Assembly (NCBI GenBank): GCA_951406725.2
Contig: OX597821.1
Location: 97,960,001 to 98,024,000, forward strand
DNA: 64,000 nt
DNA from: Octopus vulgaris
Taxonomy: Eukaryota
Direction of reading: 5' to 3'
Below the pieces are notes generated by a model, which was given only the letters and a program-made list of their open reading frames with translations, was not told the DNA's origin and ran no database searches. A program made the translations under genes and the position numbers. Shown piece after piece: positions 41,597 through 55,072 of the stretch. The first letter of the stretch is position 1. Each line of letters opens with the position of its first letter.

Positions 41597-42875
41597 TTTC
41601 TAATTTAGGCTCAAGGTCAACAATTTCAAGGGTGGGGATGCTAATCAATTACATCGACCCCTCAGTACTTGACTGATCCTTTATTTTTATCAACCCACAA
41701 AAGGAGAAAGGGAAAAGTTGACATCAGCAAGATTGGAACTCGAAACACAAAACATTTGAAGAAATATTGGTTTCAAAATTTTCAGCTCAAGTTCAACAAT
41801 TTTGAGGGAGGGGATAAGTCGATTATATCAACCCAGTGCTTAACAGATACTTATTTTCTTGATCCCGAAAGGATGAAAGGCAAAGTCAGCCTTGGCAGAA
41901 TTTGAATTCAGGATGTAAAGATGAACAAAATACCACAAAGTATTTTACCTGGCATGCTAACGATTCTGCCAGCTCACTGCCTAGCTTGAAGAAATATATG
42001 GCATTTTTTATATCACTCTAACATTTCTGCTAATCTGCCACAATTTTCATTCATAATAATGTTTCTGTTATATACACAAGGCCAGAAATTCTAGGGTTAT
42101 AATCAATGAGTACTTTCTTTTATCAACTCCAAAATGAGGAAGAGCAAAGATGACTTCAGCAGGATTTGATCTCAGAACATAAAGCAAAGTGTTCATATTA
42201 ATAAAATTTGTTTGTAATTTTGTAACATAGACAGATCATAGAATTTTGTGGAAAGGTATAGTCAATAAGAGTGACCTCAAAAGATTAAAATGCAAAGTTG
42301 AAATAGGCAGGATTTGAACTCGAAATGTAAAGACACCTGTCCAAATACCACAAAGCATTCTACCAATCAAGACTAATTAAGTTAAAACCAGTGTAGTGCT
42401 AGATATATTTATCTTCTAGCTATGTTATAAATACTCATTATGATTAGTATTATTATTTCTAATTTAGGCACAAGGCCAGTAATTTTAAGTGGTTGGGGGG
42501 AAGTTAATTGGTACTATCAACCCCTGTACTTCTACTTTATTTTATCAATGCTGGAGGGATAAAAGGCAAAGTTGATCTCAGTAGAATTTGAACTTAGAAC
42601 ATAAAGAATCAAAAGAAATACCACAAGGCATTTTTCCGAATTGACAATTCTGCAAACTAATAGTAGTAATCATGGTTTCTAATTTAGGCACAGGGCCAGC
42701 AATTATTAGAGTAGGTGGTTATTTAATACGATCAACATCAGTACATGACTAGTATTCTGTCAATACCCAAAAAGATGAAAAGCAAAATTAACCTTAGTGA
42801 GATTTGAACTCTGAAAGCAAAGAACCAGAAGATATACTGCAAAGCAATTTTTCCAAATTCTGATGACTGTGCCAG
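41597..42875 (-). mobile_element. Cluster of about six old, co-oriented family B-related SINEs
   Basis: Repeated TTTCTAATTTAGGCACAAGGCC...AAAGGCAAAGTTGA...ATTTGAACTCAGAA...AAATACC blocks. Confidence 0.8.
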
Positions 42876-43231
42876 ACAATAATAATAATGATAATTGTAT
42901 TATTATTATTATTATTATTGTTGCACAGTTTACATATGTATAAAAATATCTTAGTAATATTTATTTCTAGAAATTTTTTTAGAATAGACAAACATGAAAG
43001 TTATTTCTTGTTTTATTTCTTTATTATTTTAAACAGATAATTTTTTTAATATCTTAAAAAACATTGACACAGTATAATATTGCAGTATTAAACTTTTTTC
43101 CTTCTGAGTTCAAATCCTGTTGGATTGGCCTTTGCCTTTCATCCTTGCAGGATTACTAACATACACTGCAGTCCAGTTTAATCCACTACACATCTCCCAT
43201 ACAAACTCTGACCTTGTAATTTTGCAAGAAA

Positions 43232-43266
<35 letters not shown>

Positions 43267-43662
43267 GGCAGAATGCTTAGTATGCAGGACAAAATGCTAC
43301 TAAGCATTTTGTCCACGTTTACTTTCCAAGATCAAACTGCACCAAGTTCAACCAGGTAACCTCTTCCCCTAAAACTGCTGGTCTTCTGCCAAAATTTGAA
43401 ACCATTTTTATTAAAGGTTGGAGGACAGAAATTTCTCCTCAAATACTATTCAAAGGGAGAAGGGTGAAGATTTCTCTAGAAAATTGTATGAAATGTGGGT
43501 GAGAGTGGTGAACTGAAATGGCTGTGCCTCTACACTGGTGGAAACCACTAGGAGAAAGCACCAGTGTATGAAAGTAATCTGGATGTATGCAGAGTGCTCC
43601 AAATCCCTTTATAATGATTATCCCCACCACCACCACCATATTGGAGGATCCGTGCTTGCTAT

Positions 43663-44061
43663 ATTCTTTCTTTTACTTGTTTCAGTCATTTGACTGTGGC
43701 CATGCTGGAGCACTGCCTTTAGTCGAGCAAATCAACCCCGGGACTTATTCTTTGGAAGCCCAGTACTTATTCTATCGGTCTCTTTTGCCGAACCGCTAAG
43801 TGACGGGGACGTAAACGCACCAGCATCGGTTGTCAAGCAATGCTAGGGGGACAAACACAGACACAAAAACACACACACGCATACATATATATATACATAT
43901 ATACGACAGGCTTCTTTCAGTTTCTGTCTACCAAATCCACTCACAAGGCATTGGTCGGCCCGGGGCTATAGCAGAAGACACTTGCCCAAGATGCCACGCA
44001 GTGGGACTGAACCCGGAACCATGTGGTTGGTTAGCAAGCTACTTACCACACAGCCACTCCT
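43663..44061 (-). mobile_element. SINE family A (CORE-like)
   Basis: Matches the other family A copies. Confidence 0.9.
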
Positions 44062-47000
44062 ACTGTTGCTCTATATGGTTATTGCTATTTATTATTATTG
44101 ATATTCATTAATGTGTCTTTATTTGTTATTGTTGCTCTCATCCCTTTACCCTGGATAAATCCCTCAACATTTCTTCTTCGTTGTTTATTTTATATTTCAT
44201 CTTGGACCTGGTGGATAGTAAAAGAAATCATTAGTATTATGATTATTATTGGCAATGTTGCATTACTTTGAACTAACTTGTGCATCGTTTCTGAAAATTA
44301 TCCTCTCCAGACCTTCCTTAAATTGCATTTAAGGCTTTAAATGGTAAAAATAGGATTTATTTTGTAGATGAGTGAAGAGGGGATAATGTCAGAATCAGAA
44401 GAGAGAGAGGTGACGACTAAACCACCTTTTAGAGATCTTTGTAATTATTTAGATGAGCTTTGAGAACACAAAAGATTTAGTTGAGATTTAAATTCTTTAT
44501 AGTCTTCAATTCCCTTTAAATACCAACTTCAAATTCCACCGGGAATAAGCTTTTTTTTTCATCTTTCTTGGATTGATTAAATATGTATCAGTCAAGTACT
44601 TTTGATTCTCTTCTGTGTGTGTGTGCGTGTGTGTGTGTGCACGAGTGCATACACACACGCACATGCACGCATGCATGTGTGCTCCCTTGCCTTGTAGGTT
44701 GATACAACTCTCATCCTCCATGTATAGTACTGAGCCAAAATTAGAGGTTTGTAGTTTAACAAGCTTTAAAATTTTTCTTGAAATAAAGAATGAATTAATT
44801 TTTGGTCCACAGTTTCTTTTGTTGCTATTGTTGATTCTCTCTCTCCCTCTCAAACGAAATGCTATATCATGAAATGACTATAGCAAATTGGTAAAATACA
44901 TGTGTGTATGCATATTTGAGTGTACAAAAGACAAAAAGTATTCATACATGTAATAAAGTTTATGCATTCAATTGTAACTTAGAGTATTGACAGAGGGAAT
45001 CATCAGCTTTCAATGAATATATATATGTCCAGCAAGTAGCTTGATCTGAGACCAAGTGTTAAAACTGAAGCAACTGCATCACGGAAGAACTAAAGAGCTT
45101 TTAATAACATGCCAAGTTGCAAAATTCACTTTAAATTTAAACATATTTCATGAGGTATCGAATTTTTTGTTGTACAACTGCAGCCAAGTTTCTGACAGTT
45201 GTGCAATACAAATTTTGACACCTAATGGAAAAAATTTAAAGTTAATTTAACAACTTTGTGTCTTATTAAATGACTTTTCCAAGATTTACTTGCTATATAT
45301 ATAAACATTTAGATGTAAAACTCTGCAAGGGTAAAAATATATAAAAATAAAAAAAAGATACAGTTAAGAAAACAAGAAGAAATACACATTAGAAATTAAT
45401 AATGGTTGTGATGTTTTTATATTCAGCAGTAGATTTATAAATATTTGACCTACTGGTGATTTCCCAAATAAATGACCAACATAACTGGCTATATAAATTA
45501 TTGACCACAAATTTGTAAAATAGTAAAAGATGTGTGTGTGTGTGTGTGTATGTATGTGTGTAAAAGAGTGTTGTAATTTTGCTTGAAGCATTGCAAGTGT
45601 GTAAATAAAATAAATGTTTGAAAAAAAAATGTCCTTTGAACAATGCAGGTGACAAGTTACGCAAAATATGTAAGGTGATATCAAGAAATTAAAACAAAGA
45701 GAAAAGATATTGTATTACCATACATAAGTTGTTTAATGATCCTATAATATTTTGAGAAAGATTCTCCTATTCAACTATAGAAAAGAAAATTATCAAGGAG
45801 TTTGGAGAAATTTGTTGTTTGCAGATCATTAAACAACATATATAAGGTAATACATTATCTTTTTGTTTTCATTTATTGACATTACCTTACATATTTAGCT
45901 GAACTCCTCAACAGAAGTGCTTAACGGTTTTCTTTTTTTCAAACATTTATCTCATATATATAGGTATATATACATATATACATGTGTGTGTTTGTGTGTT
46001 TTGCTTTATGAACAAGAGAAAAAGTACTCAGTGCATGTTGAAGAGTATAATTAATTGCACACAGCTGTAGTTCCTGCATTGCAACTGAGAGTTTTACTTT
46101 ATATTCATTACATTAAACTGTCTTTGTTGCTTGACAGAAATATGGATAAAAAGAAATTCTGAGTAGCAATGCATGAGGTACCAGCTACATGCAATAAATA
46201 TATATATAGAAACAGTAGTCTTTATATGGTTGATACAAAGTAAGAGAGACTACTCAATACCAATTCGGTAGCTGTATATGTGTGAATATCAGTTAAATTC
46301 AATGGAACTTACAACTCTGAGGTCTTTGTAATAATACTGAGTTCTTGTACTAGTAATAAGTTACATGAAATTTCTCAACTTGAAATATTCACATACACTG
46401 GAATTATTTCAGTGTCATTGATATTTACAAATGCATGTTTAATGTACATTATATTCATACACACACACACATACATACACATACACACGGAAATATAAGC
46501 CACTTATTACCATATGCTTACAATATTACAGATTGAAGTAAATAACAAGTTTTAGTCTTTCATCGTTTTCAGTCACAGGAGCTGAAGCCATGCTGGGGCA
46601 GCTGTCTATGTATTTGAAAATATTACAGGAGATTCTCTGGAAAAGTTTAGAGTTTTATTTATTTGTTAACCATCATGTAAACCCTTTATGAGTCTTTAAG
46701 GGAGCAGGGTCAGGGAAAAACAAAAAGGAAAGTTAAGAGGCCAATCTAAGATCCTATTGTATTCAATTATTCCAGTAATATGTTGTATAGCCTTAAAAAT
46801 TAATTAATTTATGTGTGTGTTTGTGTGTGTGTGTCACCAAGAATAATGGAAAATATCAGGTTTGGAAAAAGTTACATTACATATATGTGTATATGCCCTC
46901 ATGCATTTGAAATGTGCACAGTAGTAAAAATCAGTAGCTCAGCAGATGTTAACAATGTTAACAGATTAGTGAAAAAGAAAACATCTATGATGTGGATATT

Positions 47001-47517
47001 CCATACAAATTATAGCTTTAAATGTATACCTGTTGCTATTAGGGTACTTGGTTATGCAACTAACTGTTTCAGTACCAATTTTGAGAAGATGTGCCTCACA
47101 AAAGCAAAAAGGACATGGTTAATTACAAGATTACAATTAGAAACCATTAATGAAACTGTGAAAAGATGTAAAAACATTCTGGAAGTTTAGCATGTAACAA
47201 GTGCACACACCACACACATGTAGCCATAAGAACATGAATGTGTAGATGTGCATAAATCAAAGCATAGATTTGATTCACGATGACATCCATGTTTAAACAT
47301 AATATATACTTGTGCAGATAAATACATACAAATATGACTGCCTAGTTAACACTGTCTTAATTTTAATGAAAGAGCCTTTCTTTGTCGGTCAGAAATTCGT
47401 AAAAATAAAGCCAGATAAACAAATTAGTACACATGCACACATACATACATTCCTTCCTTTACTCATGGATAAGAGTCACTATGTTTCACCAAAGTTCCAT
47501 CTGTTACAGTCAATGCC

Positions 47518-47749
47518 TATTTCTTTACTACCCACAAGGGGCTAAACACAGAAAGGACAAACAAGGACAGACAACGGATTAAGTCGATTATATCGACCCC
47601 AGTGCGTAACTGGTACTTAATTTATCGACTCCAAAAGGATGAAAGGCAAAGTCGACCTCGGCGGAATTTGAACTCAGAACGTAGCGGCAGACGAAATACC
47701 ACTAAGCATTTCGCCCAACGTGCTAATGATTCTGCCAGCTCACCGCCTT
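47518..47749 (-). mobile_element. SINE family B (Nin-like)
   Basis: 14-bp TSD TTACAGTCAATGCC at 47504-47517 and 47750-47763. Confidence 0.92.
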
Positions 47750-47899
47750 TTACAGTCAATGCCGTAAAAAGACAGACTACAACATGGTACACACAGCTAT
47801 CACTGAACTGTAGCATCTATTATATTCCAGAGTGACAACTTTTCATCTTGTCAATGCTACTGAGAAAGTGGCAAGACTATAATGTCTAAGGTACTGAGA

Positions 47900-49250
47900 G
47901 AAAAATTAATGTCACTCACATTCTTATTTGTTTTTGTTAATGGCCTGAAGTTATATTCAAGTAATATTGATGACACCAAAGGACAGAACTGGTCATGACA
48001 TTTTCATGGGACATAAGAATGGAGTTTGGTGAAGATTAGTGTTCATTTTTGGTAATCAACCAAAAGAAGATTGTTGACCAGACAAGGAATAAGGATACCA
48101 ATGGCCTGGCTATTTCTTTTACATCCATGATGAATGCTACAACTATCTTGAAATTGATGAGAATGTTGCATGCATTGGTATTGTGAGAAAATCTTGAGTT
48201 ATAAATAATATATCAGCAGATTCAAAAGGCATGAACGATCATCTCCAATAATGCATTTGCAATATCATATACTAATGTTAGTACTAACGTTGGGGATACT
48301 AGACCAGATACTCAAAGAAATCTGTAGCTTAGACATCATCATGAGGAAAATATTAACCATCAAATGTAACATTAACAGTAACAGTGATAAGATTTATGTG
48401 AGATGGAGGCAGAAGCATAAGGGGGAGTCTAAATGGTCTTTAATGTCACACTGTGCCACTCAAACAAAAACAGAAAAAAATGTGCACATAATACGTGCTC
48501 AGGAGGAAAAACATCAGGTGAGGCACTTCTGAATAGATACTCTGGGTGTACAACTGTTCCATGAGGATTAACCTACTTAAATACTCACCAGTATAAACTT
48601 ATACAAAGATGCCTATTCTGAAAGTAGAGGATATCAACAGAATAGATAGTAAGAGTATCCCCTCTAAGATATCACATCTCACCTAGAAGGATATGCCATC
48701 ACTATCTGTAAAAAGGGACTATCCACTAAATATCTGATCAACAAGAGAGACAATGCTTATAAATTTCTATGCTGTGATAGAAAATGTCAAACGTACCATT
48801 TCAGTGAGGAACGTATTACCTACATCAGCAGGCTAAAGTTATCTACAAGATACCTTTCTATGACATTGTTACAAAAACTATTTACTATGCTATCTGCAGG
48901 AAGGATTGTCCTGATAGTTCTACAAGAAGCACACAAGAATCTATCCACGCCTTTAACAATAAAGAATACCAGTGGAACATTCTGATAAAAACAGTGTTCT
49001 GGAGCAAATACAATAGATTTGATATTGTTCTATGGAGCAGGGAATGAAAATGGTGCACTGAAGTAGAGGTCAGCTGCCTAGCAGATGTGGATGCTAGGGT
49101 GAACTAGTATGAAACTTAGTTTTTATATCCAGGCTACAGATTCTCATTTGTACCTATTATCATAGGATTACTGTACTATGTAACAACAAATTCAGTTGAT
49201 TAGTGCTACAATGAAGATCTGTAAAGCATCCCAAAAATTCTACATTTGGG
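47900..49250 (+). mobile_element. Decayed R4/Dong-clade non-LTR retrotransposon (RT C-terminus, zinc knuckle, restriction-like endonuclease)
   Basis: VLTLGILDQILKEICSLDIIMRKILT...SDKIYV; STKYLINKRD...CDRKC (CCHC region); DIVLWSRE*KWCTEVEVSCLADV (PD..E endonuclease region). Many lesions. Confidence 0.7.
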
Positions 49251-49661
49251 TTTCCTGAAATGAATACATACATAAAGAGTAATTATATTTTTGTACTAAG
49301 GAGATATGTACAACATAATAAGAGTACAAACATGCCCCCACACAACCAAAATCACAGGTCCTTGGAACTGTCTTGTCACTTTATTAGTGACCAGTTGGAA
49401 TACTGTGAAGAACTTAAATCTAAAACTAAAAAAATGTATAAATAATAAAACTTGCACATACACAAACATGTTTATATCTATACATATGCATATATATACT
49501 ATAAAAACTGGAGTAACAAGCTCTTTGCAAATAAGAGTGAAACAAAAAGCTACGTAGGGTTTACTTAAAAAAAAAAAAACTTGCAACATGTGTACACATT
49601 CAGAAATACATAAAAACTCCCAACACACAAACATATTTGGAGTATAAAGGATGATAATATT

Positions 49662-49880
49662 ATTTCTAATTTTGGCACAAGGCCAGCAATTTAGAGGGAA
49701 GAGATTTCATCAATATCACTGACATCAGTACTTGAATGATATTGTTTATTTTGTCAACCCAATTAGAGCGGGGATGAAAGGTAAAGTTGACTGCAGCAAT
49801 TTTGAACTTAGAATGCAAAGAGCTAGAAGAAATACCGCAAGGCATTTTTCCCAACATTCTGGTAACTCTGTCAGTTCACT
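49662..49880 (-). mobile_element. Old family B-related SINE
   Basis: TTTCTAATTTTGGCACAAGGCC...GATGAAAGGTAAAGTTGAC...AAATACCGCAAGGCATTT. Confidence 0.8.
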
Positions 49881-51467
49881 AAACTATAAAGGATTAGAAT
49901 CCCTTATATTAACAATCGTAAAATCAATCGATCCAACATAGAACATGCATCATGCCATGCACTATTAATGGCTCTAGATGTAACCTTTGTCTCTCAAAGA
50001 AATATAATACCTTATTAAAGCCTTTTTGCAATTTTGAATGAAAAGTTAGAATTGGTGAATTTTTGCAGATGCTTCCAGCAATATCTATTTAGAAATTTAC
50101 AAATACCGACTGGTAAAAGTAGTGTTTCACAAAATGGATTTACTATATACCCTGAGTGATAGTTACATGCAAAAAAAAGAAAAAAAGGCTACATAAACAA
50201 CAGGTGCTACCTTGAATTTGTACCTTACATAATACTGAAGAAATGAACATTTTTTTTTTCATGTAAATAGACAAATATATCATATGTTCTGAAAGTAACA
50301 ACTGAATAGATGACTGTGTGATGCATTTTTTAATGGTTCTTTGACAACCAGTCAAATACTGATGACTATTTACATTCAGATGCTTGCTAATATATTATAC
50401 CATTTCCCTTTGTTAATTGTTTAAATATTTGGCAATGTGAAGCTGGGAGTATTGATTCAAAAATGTCAGCTTCTGAGATGTGTGTGTATACAACTAGAGT
50501 CGAATGATCTAATAATCAGAATACTCAAAGCTTGAAAGACAAAATACTCAGAACACCAATTTAAAAAATATTTCAAACTTTTAGAGTTTTAAAACATATA
50601 TGTTCAAAGTTTTGAGAGGAGAGTTTATTCAAGAAACATATAACATATTTACTTTTATTATGTTATGTAAGAATAGAGGGAAAGTATAAATTTAAAATGG
50701 AATTTGAGAAACATAACATTTATTTATTTTGTCAGTATAACTATTTTAGGGGTGAAAATCATCTGGAAAAGATTTATTTACAGTTTTAAAACCAAGATTA
50801 CATCAGAATTATAACATTTCCTTTTTTTTATACTATGTCAAAATAACAAAAGCATATTTACTTACAAAATAATTACAATAAATTTATATTGTAGGGATAT
50901 GATATTTAAGACAAAAATGAAAACAAATAGCTAATTTATCAAATACTACATTCCTTAATTTCTCTCATTATTAAATATGTTCCCTCTTGTTTCAATTCAA
51001 AGCTAACACACCAACCGATTAACAAGTTGAATTTTGATTCATTTGCTTATCTCGTTTCGCCTTCGTTTTTTCACTTCATAATGCCAACATAGGACTTTCA
51101 GTTATTTGATTTGTCTACATTTGTATTAAAAGAAATTACGAAAACTAATAATGAGAGAATTCACAGAATGGTAATTATTCTATCAATAAATAAACTATTT
51201 CAGTTTTCACTTACATCTATGATGCCATATCCCTGAAATATACATATGTTTATTTTGTAAATGAATATGCTCACTATATCTTGCTTGCTTTTGTTATTCT
51301 GAAGTAACACAATAAAAGTAAATATGTTACAATAAACTCCCTCTTAAAACCATAAAATAAATATCTTTTTATGGCAGTTTTCCACATTCAGTCATATGAT
51401 TGGTACTGTGTGTGTGTGTGCATGTGTAAGTAAAATGAGTATGTATCTATATATGTGTGTATGTATG

Positions 51468-51499
<32 letters not shown>

Positions 51500-51645
51500 C
51501 TCACACGATTGGATGCATTCAATACACAACAATTAAACCATTCAGGATTTGGTTCAAATAACAATTGGGTGGGTTAAATTCTTACTGTTGTGTGCACACA
51601 TGGGTCCTCTGTGTACTAAATCAATGCTCATGTCCTTTTTCTATC

Positions 51646-51678
<33 letters not shown>

Positions 51679-52093
51679 TATATGTATGCATATGCATATA
51701 TACAGGTCAGTAGTAGAACATGTAAACAAAGTAGAGGTGTATTCCTCTCACCCATCTATGAAGGCAGTAACTCCAAATAAGAACTCACTGGGGCCTATCC
51801 AGCTCAAACCAGCATCAAAAATAGATTAAAAAAAAAAAACATATATATATATATAGGAAACTTTCACAAATGCTTTTCTTGTGAGATTTTTGACTTGCTG
51901 AATTGTGTTACATAAATCATGTAAGCTACTGACAGAGTTCTAGACATTTCAGCTGAGCATTAATCATTAATTATTCATGGAGTCCTCTGTGATTATATAT
52001 TTCATGAGAGATAAATCAGAATGTATCACTGGGAGCACATGTATCTTTATATATATATATATACACACACATATATACATATACACACATACC

Positions 52094-52321
52094 TATTTCT
52101 TTACTACCCACAAGGGGCTAAACACAGTGAGGACAAACAAGGACAGACAAACGGATTAAGTCGATTATATCGACCCCCAGTGCGTAACTGGTACTTATTT
52201 AATCGACCCCGAAAGGATGAAAGGCAAAGTCGACCTCGGTAGAATTTGAACTCAGAACGTAGCAGCAGATGAAATACCGCTAAGCATTTCGTCCAGCGTG
52301 CTAACGTTTCTGCCAGCTCGC
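52094..52321 (-). mobile_element. SINE family B (Nin-like)
   Basis: Matches 281-513; preceded by ATACC. Confidence 0.9.
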
Positions 52322-53760
52322 ATACATATATATATATCACCATCATCACCACCATTTAACATCCATTTCAAATGGTGATATGCAAACATAAAATTCTTAC
52401 ATGACTCTATATAGTATGGAATGAATGACTTATAACATCTTTGCACAGGTTTCAGTGATAATTACATAATGATTATTCAAAATCAATTTTTACATGCAAA
52501 CCACTTGTTCGGAAGCATTATAAGTAGAATAACATAAATTTTTCTTTCCAGGAATCAGTGTTGGAGTGCAATAGAACATATGGAAGTTATAATTCATTGG
52601 TCATATGCTGTGCACATTAAAAACAATACATTTTATATATCATCATCATGACCACCATTTAACATCCATTTCAAATGGTGATATGCAAACATAAAATTCT
52701 TACATGACTATATAGTATGGAATATATATATATATGTACTACTGGTATTGCTGAATTCTTGGGGAATTTAACAAATAAATTCTCTAATGAATTAATTACT
52801 TGTGGATGCAATAGTCCTAGTCCATGTAAGAGTCACTTAATACATGTTCATTTATTTCTCAAGTACCTTACTGCTATTGTTGCTTTCTCTGTTTCTTACA
52901 GAATCACCTCACTACAATCTTATATACACACACACACACACATTTATAAATGCTGGCTGTTCATGAATGTCTGAGGAATACCATTAATGATCATTAAAAG
53001 AATCATGTTTTCAACAATGACTCTCTAAACACCCCTAGGCTCTTACCTGTATTTTAGTAGATCTTACAAAGGTCAAAGCTATGTGCACCAGTGTGCAGAA
53101 ATGAACTTCTATATGTAAGTCACCACTAGATTTGCAAAGCTTCCTGCACGTACACGTTACACAATTTTTATCATGAATACATTTCAGTTAACATTTTTGT
53201 CTGACCTGATGACTTTGTTGGTAACTTGTGAGCCCAGCATTGGAAAGACATATACACCTACATATATCGCAGACCAAGTTTAACCTATCCACTTCACAAA
53301 TTGTGCGTTTTCATGCAGTTCACTTCAAATCTGCATGGGAAATGCAAGCTTTTTCAAAAATATTTGCACCTTCCTTTACCCGTTTTCTCCTTTGGTGACA
53401 ATCAAATTATTCCTTTTCCAGCTGACCCCACTTATTTATATACACATGTGTATAAACAACAAATATATATATATATAATCTGTGTGTATATGTATGTATT
53501 GAGATATATATATATATATATTTATTTATAGTGTATGTATAGAGAGAGACACATATATGCTCATTACAAATCAATTGATAATTCATCTGTTGCTACTCCT
53601 ATACATGTGGTACTACATGTGTATTTATTCAAGCAATGTTCACATTGTACCATCCATCATGTGTAAATATGAATAGCAATAGAGTGAAGCAACAACTAAT
53701 ATAGAAATGTGACACCTCTTAATGAGTACTTTTTCATTTGTAAACAATATTTTATAATTA

Positions 53761-53792
<32 letters not shown>

Positions 53793-54276
53793 TGTATTTC
53801 CCAGCACCCCAATTTCAGGGGGAAAAAAGGCATACATAAAAACAAAATCTCAACACTTTCACATACTTTTGTTAGTGGCTCAGTGACATATATCTTGTAT
53901 TAAATATATATCATATTTTACATGTCCTTTTATAAGTTGTGTTAATCCTTCCCCTTGTTTTTATGGAACTTTATCTTATTCATCACCACATGTTTATTAT
54001 TCCTTACAGTGCAGAGACATGATAAATTTAGTATAAGCTTCCTCTGGACTGAAATTGGTTTATCTTCCAGGATACCTGGTAAATTTTTAAAACTTATTTT
54101 GGAAAGTAAATTGCATCCTCACTGGTGAGGAATCATACATATATACAGGCCAGAAAATAATGGTGCTATTTTTCACCCAAAATATGTCTTGAAAATTTAG
54201 CATGCAACCTGGAGCATGAAGGTTACATAGCCTGATGAGTGGAAACTGTATGTATGAATGTATGTGTGTGTGTGTA

Positions 54277-54319
<43 letters not shown>

Positions 54320-55072
54320 GTGTGTGTGTGAATACATTTATATAATATATGCATACACACGTTGTTTATATTGTTTCCCTTCAAGTCCCATTACTTAGCA
54401 GCTTGACAAATAGATTTTGATGAAATAGAGATCAGACTGAAGTAATTCAGATCAATAAAACTCTTCATGGTTGTGCCCCAGCATGGCCACAGTCCAGTGA
54501 CTGAAACCAATAAAAGAATACAACAATGTGTATATATAGATCTATGAGGAAAAGCAGAGAGAGAGAATGAAGCATGTTTAAGATGAGGCTTGTTCAGGGA
54601 AGACTTCAACCATAACAACTTGTAAAAACATTTTTTATTTAGCGTCTTTCCTCATTTTGAAGTATGTTTTCTGTTGAAACTTTCCTCTTTCTCTTTTTTT
54701 TTTTATAATTATTATTTTTTTGCTTTTCATATGAAAGGGAACAGTTTGCTTTCTTTCTTCTTTCCTTTATTTATATATTTATCATTTTCTTTCATATCAG
54801 TTGGTTATCAAGAAGAATATTTTTTTACCATTTCCAGCAGTTCAATATTGTAGTGGGTTTCAGATACAGGGGGGTGGGGGAACAGGGCTAGTAGGGTGAG
54901 CATAATGAAATGATGAGAAAGGTTTTTTTTTTCTTTTTTGCCTTTCTCTCTGTTTTTTTTTTTTTTTTTACACTAAGTGTAAACAAGGGGCAGGGGTTAA
55001 GTGAATAAAATGTCTGAAGTAAAAGAAAAATTATAAATAAAAAATTTAACGAAATAAAATATAACAATAATA

